From a virus, in the IMG/VR virus record IMGVR_UViG_3300031746_000001: a stretch of DNA of 64,000 bases; one strand, written 5' to 3'. The notes under the pieces are model-generated. The model did no database searches. It was not told where the DNA came from and was given only the letters and a program-made list of their open reading frames with translations. The position numbers and the translations under genes are program-made. Of this stretch, positions 42,824-52,684 are shown in pieces (the stretch's first letter is position 1; each line of letters opens with the position of its first letter).

Positions 42824-43594
42824 TTATGATGGAATGGCACTGACGGTATCGGATGCCAACAGGCTGTCGTTAATCTCGTAGGTCACCCGAACCCGAGGGA
42901 TCGAAACGTGAGCGGGGTGAATCCATCCGATTAGGCGCCTCAGCATCTTGAAATCGCCCACACCCCACTCCGCCCGTTTCCGGGGACTGCGTTCCGTGAT
43001 GTCGAGCCGGATCTTGCTCAACGGGACGCCCTCCCGATCGGGAGGAAGCTCCTCGAGCGCCACCCAGTTTCCGGATCCCGCAAAGTAGATGATGTACTCG
43101 TCAAACCCTTCGTTCACTCCGGCCACAGCCTCGTAGCCCGCCCGCAGGAGATAATAAGACGCCGGATCGCCCCGCTGGACCTGAATCTCGTAGAGGTCTT
43201 TGACCGTAACGTCCAGCCCGGTCATCCGCAGGACAAAGTTATAGCACCAGATCTCCCCCTTACGGAGAGTCCAGTAACCATAGGAGTCCAGGAACGCCCG
43301 AAGGAATTCGTCTGACCACCGGACGTCTACGTCAATGGCGAACATCTCGGCCAAGTAGTGGAGGAGATCAGGTCGGACAGACGTAGGATCCCGCAGACTC
43401 ATGAAGCCGTCGGCGGCCACCTTGAGACGCTCGATAGGGGTTGCGGCTATATCGAAAAAGTCCTTGAGGACACCCCCCCGATCGTCGTCCTTGTCCCTAT
43501 AGATTCCGGGCACTCCGTTCCATAAGGCCGGAAAGCCGAAGGCCGCCCGACCAAACGGGTCCAGCCCGAACCTATCCTGACCAAACCCAGGCAT
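42824..43594 (-). CDS. baseplate wedge protein (P2 gpI-like)
   Basis: DP......LL.YLA, RKG, HPAH. Confidence 0.65.
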   Translation of the reverse strand: MPGFGQDRFGLDPFGRAAFGFPALWNGVPGIYRDKDDDRGGVLKDFFDIAATPIERLKVAADGFMSLRDPTSVRPDLLHYLAEMFAIDVDVRWSDEFLRAFLDSYGYWTLRKGEIWCYNFVLRMTGLDVTVKDLYEIQVQRGDPASYYLLRAGYEAVAGVNEGFDEYIIYFAGSGNWVALEELPPDREGVPLSKIRLDITERSPRKRAEWGVGDFKMLRRLIGWIHPAHVSIPRVRVTYEINDSLLASDTVSAIPS

Positions 43595-43618
43595 CGACCT
43601 GATCTCCTCCTGTCAAAG

Positions 43619-43927
43619 TTACTTCTTCCCGTTGTTCGGGTTCGCCTTGCTCAACAGGTCTCCTATCGTCTTGTAACCTCCGGACGCCAGGAACCCGCCG
43701 ATCAACCCGACCGCCACGATAAGCCACATCTTCGGTGGCACCCCGTAGAACGGGTCCATGAAGTAATAGGCTCGAACTGCGGCCGCTCCGACCCCTACAA
43801 TGAGATCGGCTATCACCGCCACCTGGCCGGTGATAAACTTTCCGATGTAAGGGAGGTTTTTCAGAATTGGAAGAGCTCCCAAGCAAACCCCCGTGATCAG
43901 CAACAGCTGTGCATCCCATCCGTTCAT
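43619..43927 (-). CDS. putative holin
   Basis: Three hydrophobic segments, G.LASGGY, charged C-terminus. Confidence 0.6.
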   Translation of the reverse strand: MNGWDAQLLLITGVCLGALPILKNLPYIGKFITGQVAVIADLIVGVGAAAVRAYYFMDPFYGVPPKMWLIVAVGLIGGFLASGGYKTIGDLLSKANPNNGKK

Positions 43928-43940
43928 TCTCTCTCACCTC

Positions 43941-44540
43941 CTATCGCAGTGGAATAGAAACCCCAGCGAAGGCGCATGGCGGGCCTTTATAAAGCCAGCC
44001 CACGCCGAACGTCGCTTCCACGTTGGGAGTCAGATGGTAGGCCGGGGCAAACCCGGCGTAGCTCTGAGTCCCGACCACTCCCCAGTTCCACTTTCGGTTG
44101 AACATAAACTTAAGCCGTCCCCCGATCCGGTACTTCGCCCTCGTGTCGAAGCCTCCGTAGACTTCCGGGATAAGACACCATCCCCTCTGCTGGACCTGAA
44201 GGGTCGGGGGCTGTTGGATGACCACCATCGTCGTCTCCTTGGTGGTCGAATTGTAGACCCAGGTCGTCTCGGCCTTGCCTGGGATGATCGTCACGTGCCC
44301 CTCGGGTGGCTTCTGGATGATCACCTGCGTTCCGTTGCTCTGAAGGGCAATCACCTTGTCGTTTAGAATCTGGATGGTCGCCAGAAGGCTATCCAGCTTC
44401 ACGGTCGAGGTTGTGTCCGGGCCGACGGTCACCACCTGCGGGCCGTTATTCCCCTTCGAGAACATCATGACGAGCATCACCAAGATTAAGGCGATGACGG
44501 CATGGTTCGAGTTAAGTTTAAGGTTTTTGAGGTCTATCAT
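43941..44540 (-). CDS. putative spanin-like membrane protein
   Basis: N-terminal TM, short coiled coil, C-terminal amphipathic beta strands; next to holin. Confidence 0.45.
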   Translation of the reverse strand: MIDLKNLKLNSNHAVIALILVMLVMMFSKGNNGPQVVTVGPDTTSTVKLDSLLATIQILNDKVIALQSNGTQVIIQKPPEGHVTIIPGKAETTWVYNSTTKETTMVVIQQPPTLQVQQRGWCLIPEVYGGFDTRAKYRIGGRLKFMFNRKWNWGVVGTQSYAGFAPAYHLTPNVEATFGVGWLYKGPPCAFAGVSIPLR

Positions 44541-47500
44541 ATAGCCTCATAAAGAGCTACGCTTCCCGTGAGACTCGGGATGACCCCCCCGCCGTTAATG
44601 TAGAAACTACCATCATAGTAGTTAGCATTCTCGAACACACACTGGGTTATCCTCAGATACTGCATAGCAGACCCGAGATTTCTAAGGCAATACTGCCCAC
44701 CGCCGTATGCTCCGTAAGGGTAGCACCGAATTTTGCATCGGTAGAACCACTGCTTCTCCCAGACTCCTCCCCCGAGATCGATGTCCGTGAGCGCGTCCCA
44801 CACGATCCCATCCAACAGCCCGGAATCGGACAGGATGCCAGGATCGAACTCACAGTGTTGCCACCAGAACTTGGTAGGAGGCAAAGCATCCGGGTAGTAA
44901 ATGATCTTCAGGGCGTTGTTGTTGTAGGGGAACAGCCTCAGATACCCAGCATCGATGTCGGCAAGGATGTCCGGTATGCCCGCCGTCCCGCCCGAGCAGT
45001 AAATCAGCATGGCCTCGCAGACAGAACTCGTCTGATAAACGTCGACGTTCCGGATATACAGGCTTTGCTTCGTGGGGTAGATCGACCCCGAGGGATAGCA
45101 CACCTCGTAATCGATGCCGTAAGAAGGGTTGATATTGTAGACCTGAAGGTTTAAGAGCCCGACCTCCGGAGTGTAGACCTGGCCGGACGGCAGGCAGGTA
45201 GTCCGAAGAACCGTAACGTCCCCCTTGATAATCGTCGTCTTGGGGTCGAGCCCCACGACGTAAACTCCATCGAGGTTCTCGAGAAGCAGGTCGGACTGGT
45301 ATATCCCCGGGTACAGAATGACAACATAGGGGTTGTCTTTGGAGGCCGGAATCGACGCAGACTTAATGTCATTGATCGCCGCTTGCGGGTCAGAGAACTG
45401 TGCTCCTTCCTTCGCCACGATCCTCGTAAACCCCGGGGCAAACCCTCCCTGAGCGGCGGCGGCTTCCAAGCGTTCCCCAATCGATGCGAACGTCCCTCTG
45501 GCACTCACAACCTCAGCGGCCGCCACCTGTGTCGTCTCGAGTGATGCGACTATTTCGGTCTTCAGTTTGGCATAGATCTCGCCGTCCGCGACGTGATCCA
45601 TCGTGATGGGATCGGCCTGCAAAGTGATGACGTCCGTCTGGTCACCCGCCTGCCCTCCCGAGTCGAAAGCCCTGATTCTCGCCTTGAACGTCGGCGGGAT
45701 AGGAGACACCCCCGAGATCTGTGCAAGGTCGGCCCCCAACCAGACCCTCGTCCCGATCGTGTGCATGATGAACGAGTTGCCCGAGTTGTAATCCGGAGTC
45801 GACCCATCCTTCGTCCACGCTATCTCGTAGCCCTTCGCATTTACCACGCCGTTCCAGCTCAGGTCAACCCCGCCGACCCGCTTGATCATGTAGCCACCCG
45901 TAGGCATGGCTAGCTTAGTTTTGGCTCCAGCGATGATGCTTACCCACGAAGTCCAGGCGCTCTTCTGTGCCGGGGAGGGCCCGTTGGACGACCGGACCCG
46001 CATCCGGTACTTGACTCCAACAACCAACCCGTGCTTGGTATAATACATCGGCGTCCACTTGGCGGCATCCAGAGGGTCGCCGCTCGGATCGACCCTAAAG
46101 AGTTCCTCCTCTTCGTCTACCCCGGTAACACCCCCCGAGTTCATCGGCTGTAGCTGGACATCGTAGCCAAGAGCCCCGGGGCCCACGGAGTAAGACCCGT
46201 CCGCCCCCGTTGATCCAGACGGAACGACCAGAACGGTATCGGCGTTGTCGAGTACGCTCAACCGTTTCCCTGCAGAATCGGTCACCAGCTGTCCGATCCA
46301 GTAGTCCGGACTCCACGCCTTTCCCCCGTCCGTGAGAATATTCAAAGCCCACGTGCCGCTTCCGGTATCTCCCCACTTGAGCTTAACCCAAGCAGTCTTC
46401 GGAATTTGCTTAGACTGGGAGGACATCGGAAATTCGATCTCCGGCTGTTTCTGATCTTCATCAATCCCGGTCGTGATGGCAATGCCCTTTGGAATCGGGG
46501 GACTGTCGCTAGCCGTGGTCTTAGTGACGACATCGGAAATGTCGCTCGAGACGCTGAATCTCTGGGCGATGACGTAGACTTGGTACTTGGTATTCACCAG
46601 CAGGCCCCGGACGTAGCGCTCGTTAGATACGATTTTGGTCTGCGAGGGCGGGTAGCCATTGACCGGAAACTCGGGAGAGGGGACCGAAACAAAGGATGGA
46701 TTCTCGAAAACCTCCGTGAGCTCATCGACCGTAGTCGTCCCACCTTGACTGAACGGAGTGACGTAAACCTTCATCTGGCAGTCTTTCGGCAAGATATAGA
46801 AGGTCTTGTTCGTTCCGGAACCGCCGACTCCCTCGACGATGACCGTCGTATCGGTATTAGAAAGAATCTTGTGATAAACGTTTCCGGCTACATCATAGAG
46901 ATACCAGGCATCATCTTGACCGGAGGCCGCCCACTCGTTGGTCGAGTAAGCCCCGCACCTGGTGGTGTCGATTGTAAAGAGAGTCCCGTTCCAGTGCCCA
47001 ACACCCTTGTCCCCCCAGACCACACGGATGTAAGCATGTGGACCGACGTTCCGGTTCGTCCCTGGCTGATTGAGCTTATCAGGAGGAATATCCCGGTCTA
47101 GCCCGGTCTCCGGGACGGAAACATGTCGCGGCTTCGGGGGCTTAAATAATCCCCGACCCGTTCCCTCCCTGAACACCAGGACATTCCGGTAGCGGACATC
47201 CCGCATGGCAATAGGAGCCCCTCCGGCGATATCGACCTCCGCAAGCTGAACGACATCGGTGTCAGATGGCCCGAATGATGCGGCCACGACGATCTCATAA
47301 CTGTTGTGATTGTAGGTGTGGCCGTCCGGGCTGTAAGTCTCGTCGTAGGTCACGTCCTCGGCAGGATTGTTGTAGACCTTGTAACGCAGGGCAATGACCC
47401 ACGTCCCGTTCCCTGTGGGATAAGAATTTCCCGTTATCCCGCCCGAGGGAACGCAGATCACGTTCCCGTTCTGCGTAAGAGCATAGCCGGGCTTTATCGT

Positions 47501-47704
47501 GTAGGATGTCCACGATCCAACGTCGACCACCTGCAGGTCGGAATAGGGGGCCCCCGAGGTATCATACGACGTGATCGCCACGCCATAGGTCTTGACGTAG
47601 GCGCCGAGAAGGGCCGTGAGGTTGGCTACCTCAGCTTGCTCAATGAGAGCAACGACATCCTGGATGCTTTCGATAAACCCAGTTTTATAAGTCGCCTTCT
47701 CCAT
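44537..47704 (-). CDS. tail protein with FN3-like repeats and C-terminal beta-helix-like region
   Basis: Duplicated V.WGD.G.G.W module; YRMRVRS/FKARIRA FN3 ends; AINDI...LYPGIY start of a pectin-lyase-like helix. Confidence 0.7.
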   Translation of the reverse strand: MEKATYKTGFIESIQDVVALIEQAEVANLTALLGAYVKTYGVAITSYDTSGAPYSDLQVVDVGSWTSYTIKPGYALTQNGNVICVPSGGITGNSYPTGNGTWVIALRYKVYNNPAEDVTYDETYSPDGHTYNHNSYEIVVAASFGPSDTDVVQLAEVDIAGGAPIAMRDVRYRNVLVFREGTGRGLFKPPKPRHVSVPETGLDRDIPPDKLNQPGTNRNVGPHAYIRVVWGDKGVGHWNGTLFTIDTTRCGAYSTNEWAASGQDDAWYLYDVAGNVYHKILSNTDTTVIVEGVGGSGTNKTFYILPKDCQMKVYVTPFSQGGTTTVDELTEVFENPSFVSVPSPEFPVNGYPPSQTKIVSNERYVRGLLVNTKYQVYVIAQRFSVSSDISDVVTKTTASDSPPIPKGIAITTGIDEDQKQPEIEFPMSSQSKQIPKTAWVKLKWGDTGSGTWALNILTDGGKAWSPDYWIGQLVTDSAGKRLSVLDNADTVLVVPSGSTGADGSYSVGPGALGYDVQLQPMNSGGVTGVDEEEELFRVDPSGDPLDAAKWTPMYYTKHGLVVGVKYRMRVRSSNGPSPAQKSAWTSWVSIIAGAKTKLAMPTGGYMIKRVGGVDLSWNGVVNAKGYEIAWTKDGSTPDYNSGNSFIMHTIGTRVWLGADLAQISGVSPIPPTFKARIRAFDSGGQAGDQTDVITLQADPITMDHVADGEIYAKLKTEIVASLETTQVAAAEVVSARGTFASIGERLEAAAAQGGFAPGFTRIVAKEGAQFSDPQAAINDIKSASIPASKDNPYVVILYPGIYQSDLLLENLDGVYVVGLDPKTTIIKGDVTVLRTTCLPSGQVYTPEVGLLNLQVYNINPSYGIDYEVCYPSGSIYPTKQSLYIRNVDVYQTSSVCEAMLIYCSGGTAGIPDILADIDAGYLRLFPYNNNALKIIYYPDALPPTKFWWQHCEFDPGILSDSGLLDGIVWDALTDIDLGGGVWEKQWFYRCKIRCYPYGAYGGGQYCLRNLGSAMQYLRITQCVFENANYYDGSFYINGGGVIPSLTGSVALYEAI

Positions 47705-48257
47705 AATACACCCCCATGATTTGTTCGATGTTCGGCTCCTGGGCCTTCAGGTCGGCTCGGAACTTATCCATATCCCAGTTTACTCCGGGACATTGCTTCT
47801 CGACAGGCTTGTTGAGCATCACGAACGTCTCCCTGTGGCCGACGACGTTCTTGAATGGGATCCCGGACAGGAAGCACGTAGCGAAAACCATCTTGAGCAT
47901 CCCGTACCACACGAGATCCGGAACGAGGTTATGATCGTAATCTCCAATCACCACGAAGCCCACGCTCCGATCGTTGAACCCGAGGGCATGGCTCCCCCCA
48001 ACCCAAAAACTTCTTCCCCGGCGCCAGCAGAGCTTTCCGTCGACGAACTCCAAGCCGCCGTGGTAGCCGATATCCGACCAGGGACCCTCGACATGCTTCC
48101 CCTGCGCCTGGAGCTGTTTCCCGATCTCCGGGGTAACGATCTTCCCTTCGAATCGCCAGCTCTTGTGATACCTCCTGATCCCCTCCCAGTCGGCGGTAAT
48201 GTTGTTGTCCGGGGAGAACGAGTGATGCAGAACGATATACTCGGCAATGTTTAACAT
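47685..48257 (-). CDS. N-acetylmuramoyl-L-alanine amidase endolysin (Amidase_2)
   Basis: IVLHHS, WSDIGYH, GSHA.GFN..SVG, GHRE, KQCPG. Confidence 0.9.
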   Translation of the reverse strand: MLNIAEYIVLHHSFSPDNNITADWEGIRRYHKSWRFEGKIVTPEIGKQLQAQGKHVEGPWSDIGYHGGLEFVDGKLCWRRGRSFWVGGSHALGFNDRSVGFVVIGDYDHNLVPDLVWYGMLKMVFATCFLSGIPFKNVVGHRETFVMLNKPVEKQCPGVNWDMDKFRADLKAQEPNIEQIMGVYYGEGDL

Positions 48258-48268
48258 GGCTCCTCCTG

Positions 48269-48691
48269 TTAGGGCCCGGGAAGACTTGTAACTCCCAGAC
48301 GACCTGGAAGCACGAAGAAGGTGTTCCCCCATCGGACGCCCAGAACGTAGACTGTGCTTTCGACCAGGATGACGGATCCCGCATACATGACGACGGACGT
48401 ATCGTAGACCTTAAAGTAGAGGCACTGCCCGTCCTCGACGGCAAGGCTTCCTGCGGCAAGAGTCAAGACCTGTCCGCTGAATGGATTGAACCACTTGGCC
48501 TCCGTCCACGCCACCGTTGCGGCCCCGCTCGAGTAGGTAAAGCCCCCGTCCTGAATCGGGATGAGGCCGTGATTGCGGTAACCCCCGTAGGTGAACTGGT
48601 CGAAGGCCGCAAAGAGGTTCGACAAAGTAGAATACGACGATGTGTCTCCCTCCGGGGGGTAGACGAAACTGCATTTCTGTGTAGTCGGCAT
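48269..48691 (-). CDS. virion protein, hypothetical
   Basis: SD present; position in cluster. Confidence 0.6.
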   Translation of the reverse strand: MPTTQKCSFVYPPEGDTSSYSTLSNLFAAFDQFTYGGYRNHGLIPIQDGGFTYSSGAATVAWTEAKWFNPFSGQVLTLAAGSLAVEDGQCLYFKVYDTSVVMYAGSVILVESTVYVLGVRWGNTFFVLPGRLGVTSLPGP

Positions 48692-48703
48692 TCTCCCTCC
48701 CTG

Positions 48704-50479
48704 TTAGTAAGTCGCCCTGATATCCCGAGGCGGCTGGGTGTTTCGCGGCCTGGTTGTCCCGGTAATGGTGACCGTCCCCGCAACCAAGATATACTGCGGC
48801 TTAGGAACGGCGTCCCCGCTCTCCATTGTCACTCCGGTCGTCCCCGATGGAAGACTGAGTGTGACCCGAACGTAGTCCACGCCTGTAACCTCCTGGGCGA
48901 CGTCGTAAATGTGGGACGCCCGCAAGGCAACCCCGAAGTTTCTGTTCTTGAGAAGCTCCTGCACGGCGGTATTCACTGCGGAGATCACGTCCCCGGCGTT
49001 GTAGTTATCAAGCACCCCGACCTGGATGGTGATATTCACAGGACGCAGGAGGCTCGATCCGGCTACGATCTGGACCACGACCGTGGCGACTTTCTTGGTC
49101 TCGAGATGGTCGGACAGGCGGTTCATGAAGTCCGTCGATGGGTTGACGTAATTCCCGTCGCCGTCCAGGGACAGGACGTAGAGCTTAATGAGGTTCACAT
49201 CCCGACCCGAGGCAATGATCCCCGTCAGGTAGTTCGTGAGGGCCGTCTTGGTCCCGACGTCCGTGATCAAATCCAAAAGCCCCTGCAGGTAGGCGTCATC
49301 CAGAACCTGCTTGATCACCACGCCCCGGACTCTCGCCAGGCTTCCCTCTGGATCGACGTAGTTCATGGCGATGGTCTCGTAGTCCCCGATCGTGACCGCC
49401 CGGTCCTTCGTGAGGAATATCCGGGGAGCATAGACCTTGACGTGGCGGGTGTCCTCTTCGTCGGCGCCTCCCGAAGCCCCAAGAACGTTGTTGAGGGTAG
49501 CCCTAATCTCCGTTCCTTTGACGTAGACAGGGGACTTGAAGGACGTGATGGAGGCACTCTTCGCGTTGCCCAAAGCTCCGGAACAAGCCCTCCATGAGAC
49601 TTCAATCTGCGCCCCGTCCCGGGGGATAGGGGCGCTAACCCCATCTCCGAACTTGAGCGTCGGCGGTGAATCATTGTAGTCCACGATGTAATGATTCGAC
49701 CCGTCGAACGTCCAGTAGTCCTGTTCCGTCCAGGGAACGCCGTCGACCGTAACCAGCATCGTCCCCTGTGCTACAAACATTTCGGTAGGGTGATCGGAGA
49801 GAGGGAACTTCTGGTTGGAACTCTCATCCGAGATGAAAGACATGCGAACGATCTTCCCCTCGGTTACGATAGCCTTCTCCACCTCTACGGGACGGAGGGT
49901 CAGCTCCCCGGTATAGAACTTCAGATCGTCGTTGAGGGTGAACTCCAAGTCATTCGGACCCGCACAGGCCGTCCCGCTCGGAATGACCACGTCGAAGGAG
50001 TAAGGCTGAGACAGAGTGACCGTTATCGCTGTCCGGGCGGCCACAGCCCTGCCGACCCGGTAGCCAAGATTCCAAGCTCCCCGGCCAACGTTCTTGCGGA
50101 GGGTTGCCGTCCCGATAAATGCTTCCGATGCCTTGAAGTCCTGATACCACGACAGGTTGTCCCCGACGAAGGCAAACAATTGCATGAGCATCACGCCCAT
50201 GTCGCTATCCAGGAAGTCCTGGTAGGTGTCCTGATACTTCACCTTCAGCCACGCCTGCATCTCGTCGAGGATCGTCTGGTAGTCCCTCCCGTAGTAAGCG
50301 ACCCTCGTAAGGGCATCCCGCACCTGAAACGCACTCGGGAGCCGGGCGTCGAACTCCTTCTCGACCCAGCCCGTCCCCGAAACATACACGTAGGTCGTCC
50401 CGGATGGGGCAAGATAAACGATGTCGTAATCCTGGGGATTATCTGGGAGGGTATCGAGCTCTAAGACATCTATGATCAT
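48704..50479 (-). CDS. baseplate J / T4 gp6-like wedge protein
   Basis: RDYQ, LGY, FGDG, GGADEE, RAVT..DY. Confidence 0.9.
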   Translation of the reverse strand: MIIDVLELDTLPDNPQDYDIVYLAPSGTTYVYVSGTGWVEKEFDARLPSAFQVRDALTRVAYYGRDYQTILDEMQAWLKVKYQDTYQDFLDSDMGVMLMQLFAFVGDNLSWYQDFKASEAFIGTATLRKNVGRGAWNLGYRVGRAVAARTAITVTLSQPYSFDVVIPSGTACAGPNDLEFTLNDDLKFYTGELTLRPVEVEKAIVTEGKIVRMSFISDESSNQKFPLSDHPTEMFVAQGTMLVTVDGVPWTEQDYWTFDGSNHYIVDYNDSPPTLKFGDGVSAPIPRDGAQIEVSWRACSGALGNAKSASITSFKSPVYVKGTEIRATLNNVLGASGGADEEDTRHVKVYAPRIFLTKDRAVTIGDYETIAMNYVDPEGSLARVRGVVIKQVLDDAYLQGLLDLITDVGTKTALTNYLTGIIASGRDVNLIKLYVLSLDGDGNYVNPSTDFMNRLSDHLETKKVATVVVQIVAGSSLLRPVNITIQVGVLDNYNAGDVISAVNTAVQELLKNRNFGVALRASHIYDVAQEVTGVDYVRVTLSLPSGTTGVTMESGDAVPKPQYILVAGTVTITGTTRPRNTQPPRDIRATY

Positions 50480-50850
50480 ACCACCACCGACCTTTCTACG
50501 GTAAGGTTATTGCCGTATCGGTTCCCGGCGACTTCATATTCGATCACAAAATTGACGTAGCCCGTATTAGGATCGGACTTCCCTTCGACGTCGATGATAA
50601 CGATCCGAGGCTCCCACCTGGAAAGGGCTTCCTTAATCTCAAAGACCCCCAGGTCGACGGCCATGTCATCGTCGTTGTTCTCAAAGACGATATCCTGAAG
50701 GTTGGACCCGAACTCCGGGTTCATCACCCGCTCGCCTCTCCGAGTGAGAAGAATCTGCTGGATGCTTTCCCAGATGTGGCTATCCCCTTGGCTGGCCGGG
50801 GGAAACCCATCCCCGGCCTTCCGGAACGGGAACGAGATGCCATTCCACAT
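50476..50850 (-). CDS. baseplate gp25/GpW-like protein
   Basis: ILLTRRGERVMNPEFGS, WEPRI. Confidence 0.92.
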   Translation of the reverse strand: MWNGISFPFRKAGDGFPPASQGDSHIWESIQQILLTRRGERVMNPEFGSNLQDIVFENNDDDMAVDLGVFEIKEALSRWEPRIVIIDVEGKSDPNTGYVNFVIEYEVAGNRYGNNLTVERSVVV

Positions 50851-50852
50851 TG

Positions 50853-51335
50853 CTACTTCCCTTTGCCCTCAAGCCGGTCCTTGATATCTCGCAGGACGGC
50901 GTAGAGGTGCTTACAGAGATACTTCCGCTTGCCGGGATTTCTCACGACGGGATCCGCACCGTTGCTATAGGCGATCACACTGGCATTGTCCTGCGTTAAG
51001 GCGACCTCGAGGTGGTAGGTGAAGTAAGGACAGTCACACCACACGAGGACATCCTGTGCCATGCTCTTGAGGGACTTCTCCCCCGGAGGAAAGGACATCA
51101 CCCAGCACTGGTGGGTGTTCCCGTTCGCCAGGGTAACCGTTTTGTAGATATACCGCCCGTCCCTGGTGACCGTCTGAATCATGGGAATGATATCTGCCGC
51201 CCGACCCCGGATCTTCTTCGGGGTGACGTCCCGTAGCTCCTTCAGCGATCGCTCCTCGAGCAGAAGGAACATTCTCGCCGGGTTTTCTCCGGAGAGGAGG
51301 TTCGTCATGTAACGGATATCGTTTGCCAACAGCAT
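50853..51335 (-). CDS. SWIM zinc-finger protein
   Basis: WCDCPYF...NP....LCKH. Confidence 0.7.
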   Translation of the reverse strand: MLLANDIRYMTNLLSGENPARMFLLLEERSLKELRDVTPKKIRGRAADIIPMIQTVTRDGRYIYKTVTLANGNTHQCWVMSFPPGEKSLKSMAQDVLVWCDCPYFTYHLEVALTQDNASVIAYSNGADPVVRNPGKRKYLCKHLYAVLRDIKDRLEGKGK

Positions 51336-51619
51336 TAAATCCTCCGAATCGTTTGGGCAGTCGACGGAATTGTGCTGTTGTTATAGTCAGTCAGAAGCTG
51401 GTTATACTGGTCGACGAGCTCGTTCACTTTGTCCTTCAGGGCGATCCCATCGTTATTATGAGCGTCCACAATGGCTTCAAGAATGGCATCCATGCCCTTA
51501 TCCGTTCCCCAGGCATACCCGGAGGAACTGAGGCCGAGCCTCGTCCACTGCTCTCCCCGGGAATCGACTAACGTCTTGATCGCCTGAATGAGATCAGCCT
51601 TGATCATCATTTGACACAT
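51335..51619 (-). CDS. hypothetical protein
   Basis: Coupled ORF. Confidence 0.55.
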   Translation of the reverse strand: MCQMMIKADLIQAIKTLVDSRGEQWTRLGLSSSGYAWGTDKGMDAILEAIVDAHNNDGIALKDKVNELVDQYNQLLTDYNNSTIPSTAQTIRRI

Positions 51620-51876
51620 CCCTCCGGAAGAATCACCTGAGCCGGGGCAACCGTCGTCCCCTGGATCGGTCCGGGAACGCCTCCTCCGGCTCCGGTTATC
51701 GCGGCAAGCACTGTTCCGGTCGTCTGGATTTCTGCATGGGCATTGATCTCCTCAACAACAGCCTGGGCTATGGCCAATCCAAGCTGTCCAAGCACCTCTT
51801 CGATGCTTGCACCGCCGGAAACACCCACCATCTTGGTCTTCAGTGCTTCTCCGAGACGGGCGCTATTGAGTGCCAT
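51607..51876 (-). CDS. spike-associated small protein
   Basis: MALN...LAIAQAVVE.I...AE; follows gp5-like gene. Confidence 0.6.
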   Translation of the reverse strand: MALNSARLGEALKTKMVGVSGGASIEEVLGQLGLAIAQAVVEEINAHAEIQTTGTVLAAITGAGGGVPGPIQGTTVAPAQVILPEGCVK

Positions 51877-52682
51877 CAGTCCACCGCCTTCGCCGGTACA
51901 GACCCAACCGGAATCGGAGGAATCTGGATAGGCGCCTTGTTGTGACCCTGCTTCGTTATCGGGCACTTAAACTTATCCATGTCCTTATACCTCAGAATCC
52001 TCTCTTGGGAAGTAGCCGAGTCACCACCGAGAATGACATTGGGGCTCACGATATACGCCTTGCCGCTGGCGTGAACCGCAGAAGTCTTGCAAACCACCTT
52101 CGTTACCCCGTTGGACATCGTGAGAGTATCCCCTCCGGCATCCGTGACCGTTATCCTCTTGGCCTTATCCTCAAAGAGCATCTTCATGCCCTTAACCGTC
52201 TTGATCAGGATGGTCTCGGCAATCTCGTCCACCTGGATGATGTGGCCTTTGGACGTCCGGAGCTCGACCTTGAGCTTGGCGGGATCGTCCTCAAAGAGAA
52301 GCTGGTGCCCGGCCTTCGTCCTGATCCCCCGGGCAGTCGGCGGGCTCTTGGCAAAGTCCGCAGGCATCGCACCCTTAATCCACCATTGAAAGGCATACAG
52401 GGGGTAGTCCTTATGCCCATGCTCGAAAGTAATGTAGACGCCCTCATCGATCTCCGGCACGAAGAAGTATCCATGATCTTTCCCAGCATAGGGAGACATG
52501 GGAAGAACCCACTGCGGGAGATTGGTATTGGGATCGATATAAGGACAATTCACTTTGATCCGTCCTCTGAACTCGGGATCCTTATTGTCCACCACTCGAG
52601 CCCGGTAGTAGCTATAATACCGCCCGAAGGCTTCAAGCCCCCGATCGACAATCATGTTAAAGAATTCGCCGACTGCTCCCAT
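51876..52682 (-). CDS. baseplate spike, gp5/VgrG OB-fold (assembly protein V)
   Basis: VVDNKDPEFRGRIKV, FFVP, FEHG...P, TKAGH...F.D. Confidence 0.9.
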   Translation of the reverse strand: MGAVGEFFNMIVDRGLEAFGRYYSYYRARVVDNKDPEFRGRIKVNCPYIDPNTNLPQWVLPMSPYAGKDHGYFFVPEIDEGVYITFEHGHKDYPLYAFQWWIKGAMPADFAKSPPTARGIRTKAGHQLLFEDDPAKLKVELRTSKGHIIQVDEIAETILIKTVKGMKMLFEDKAKRITVTDAGGDTLTMSNGVTKVVCKTSAVHASGKAYIVSPNVILGGDSATSQERILRYKDMDKFKCPITKQGHNKAPIQIPPIPVGSVPAKAVD

Positions 52683-52684
52683 TG

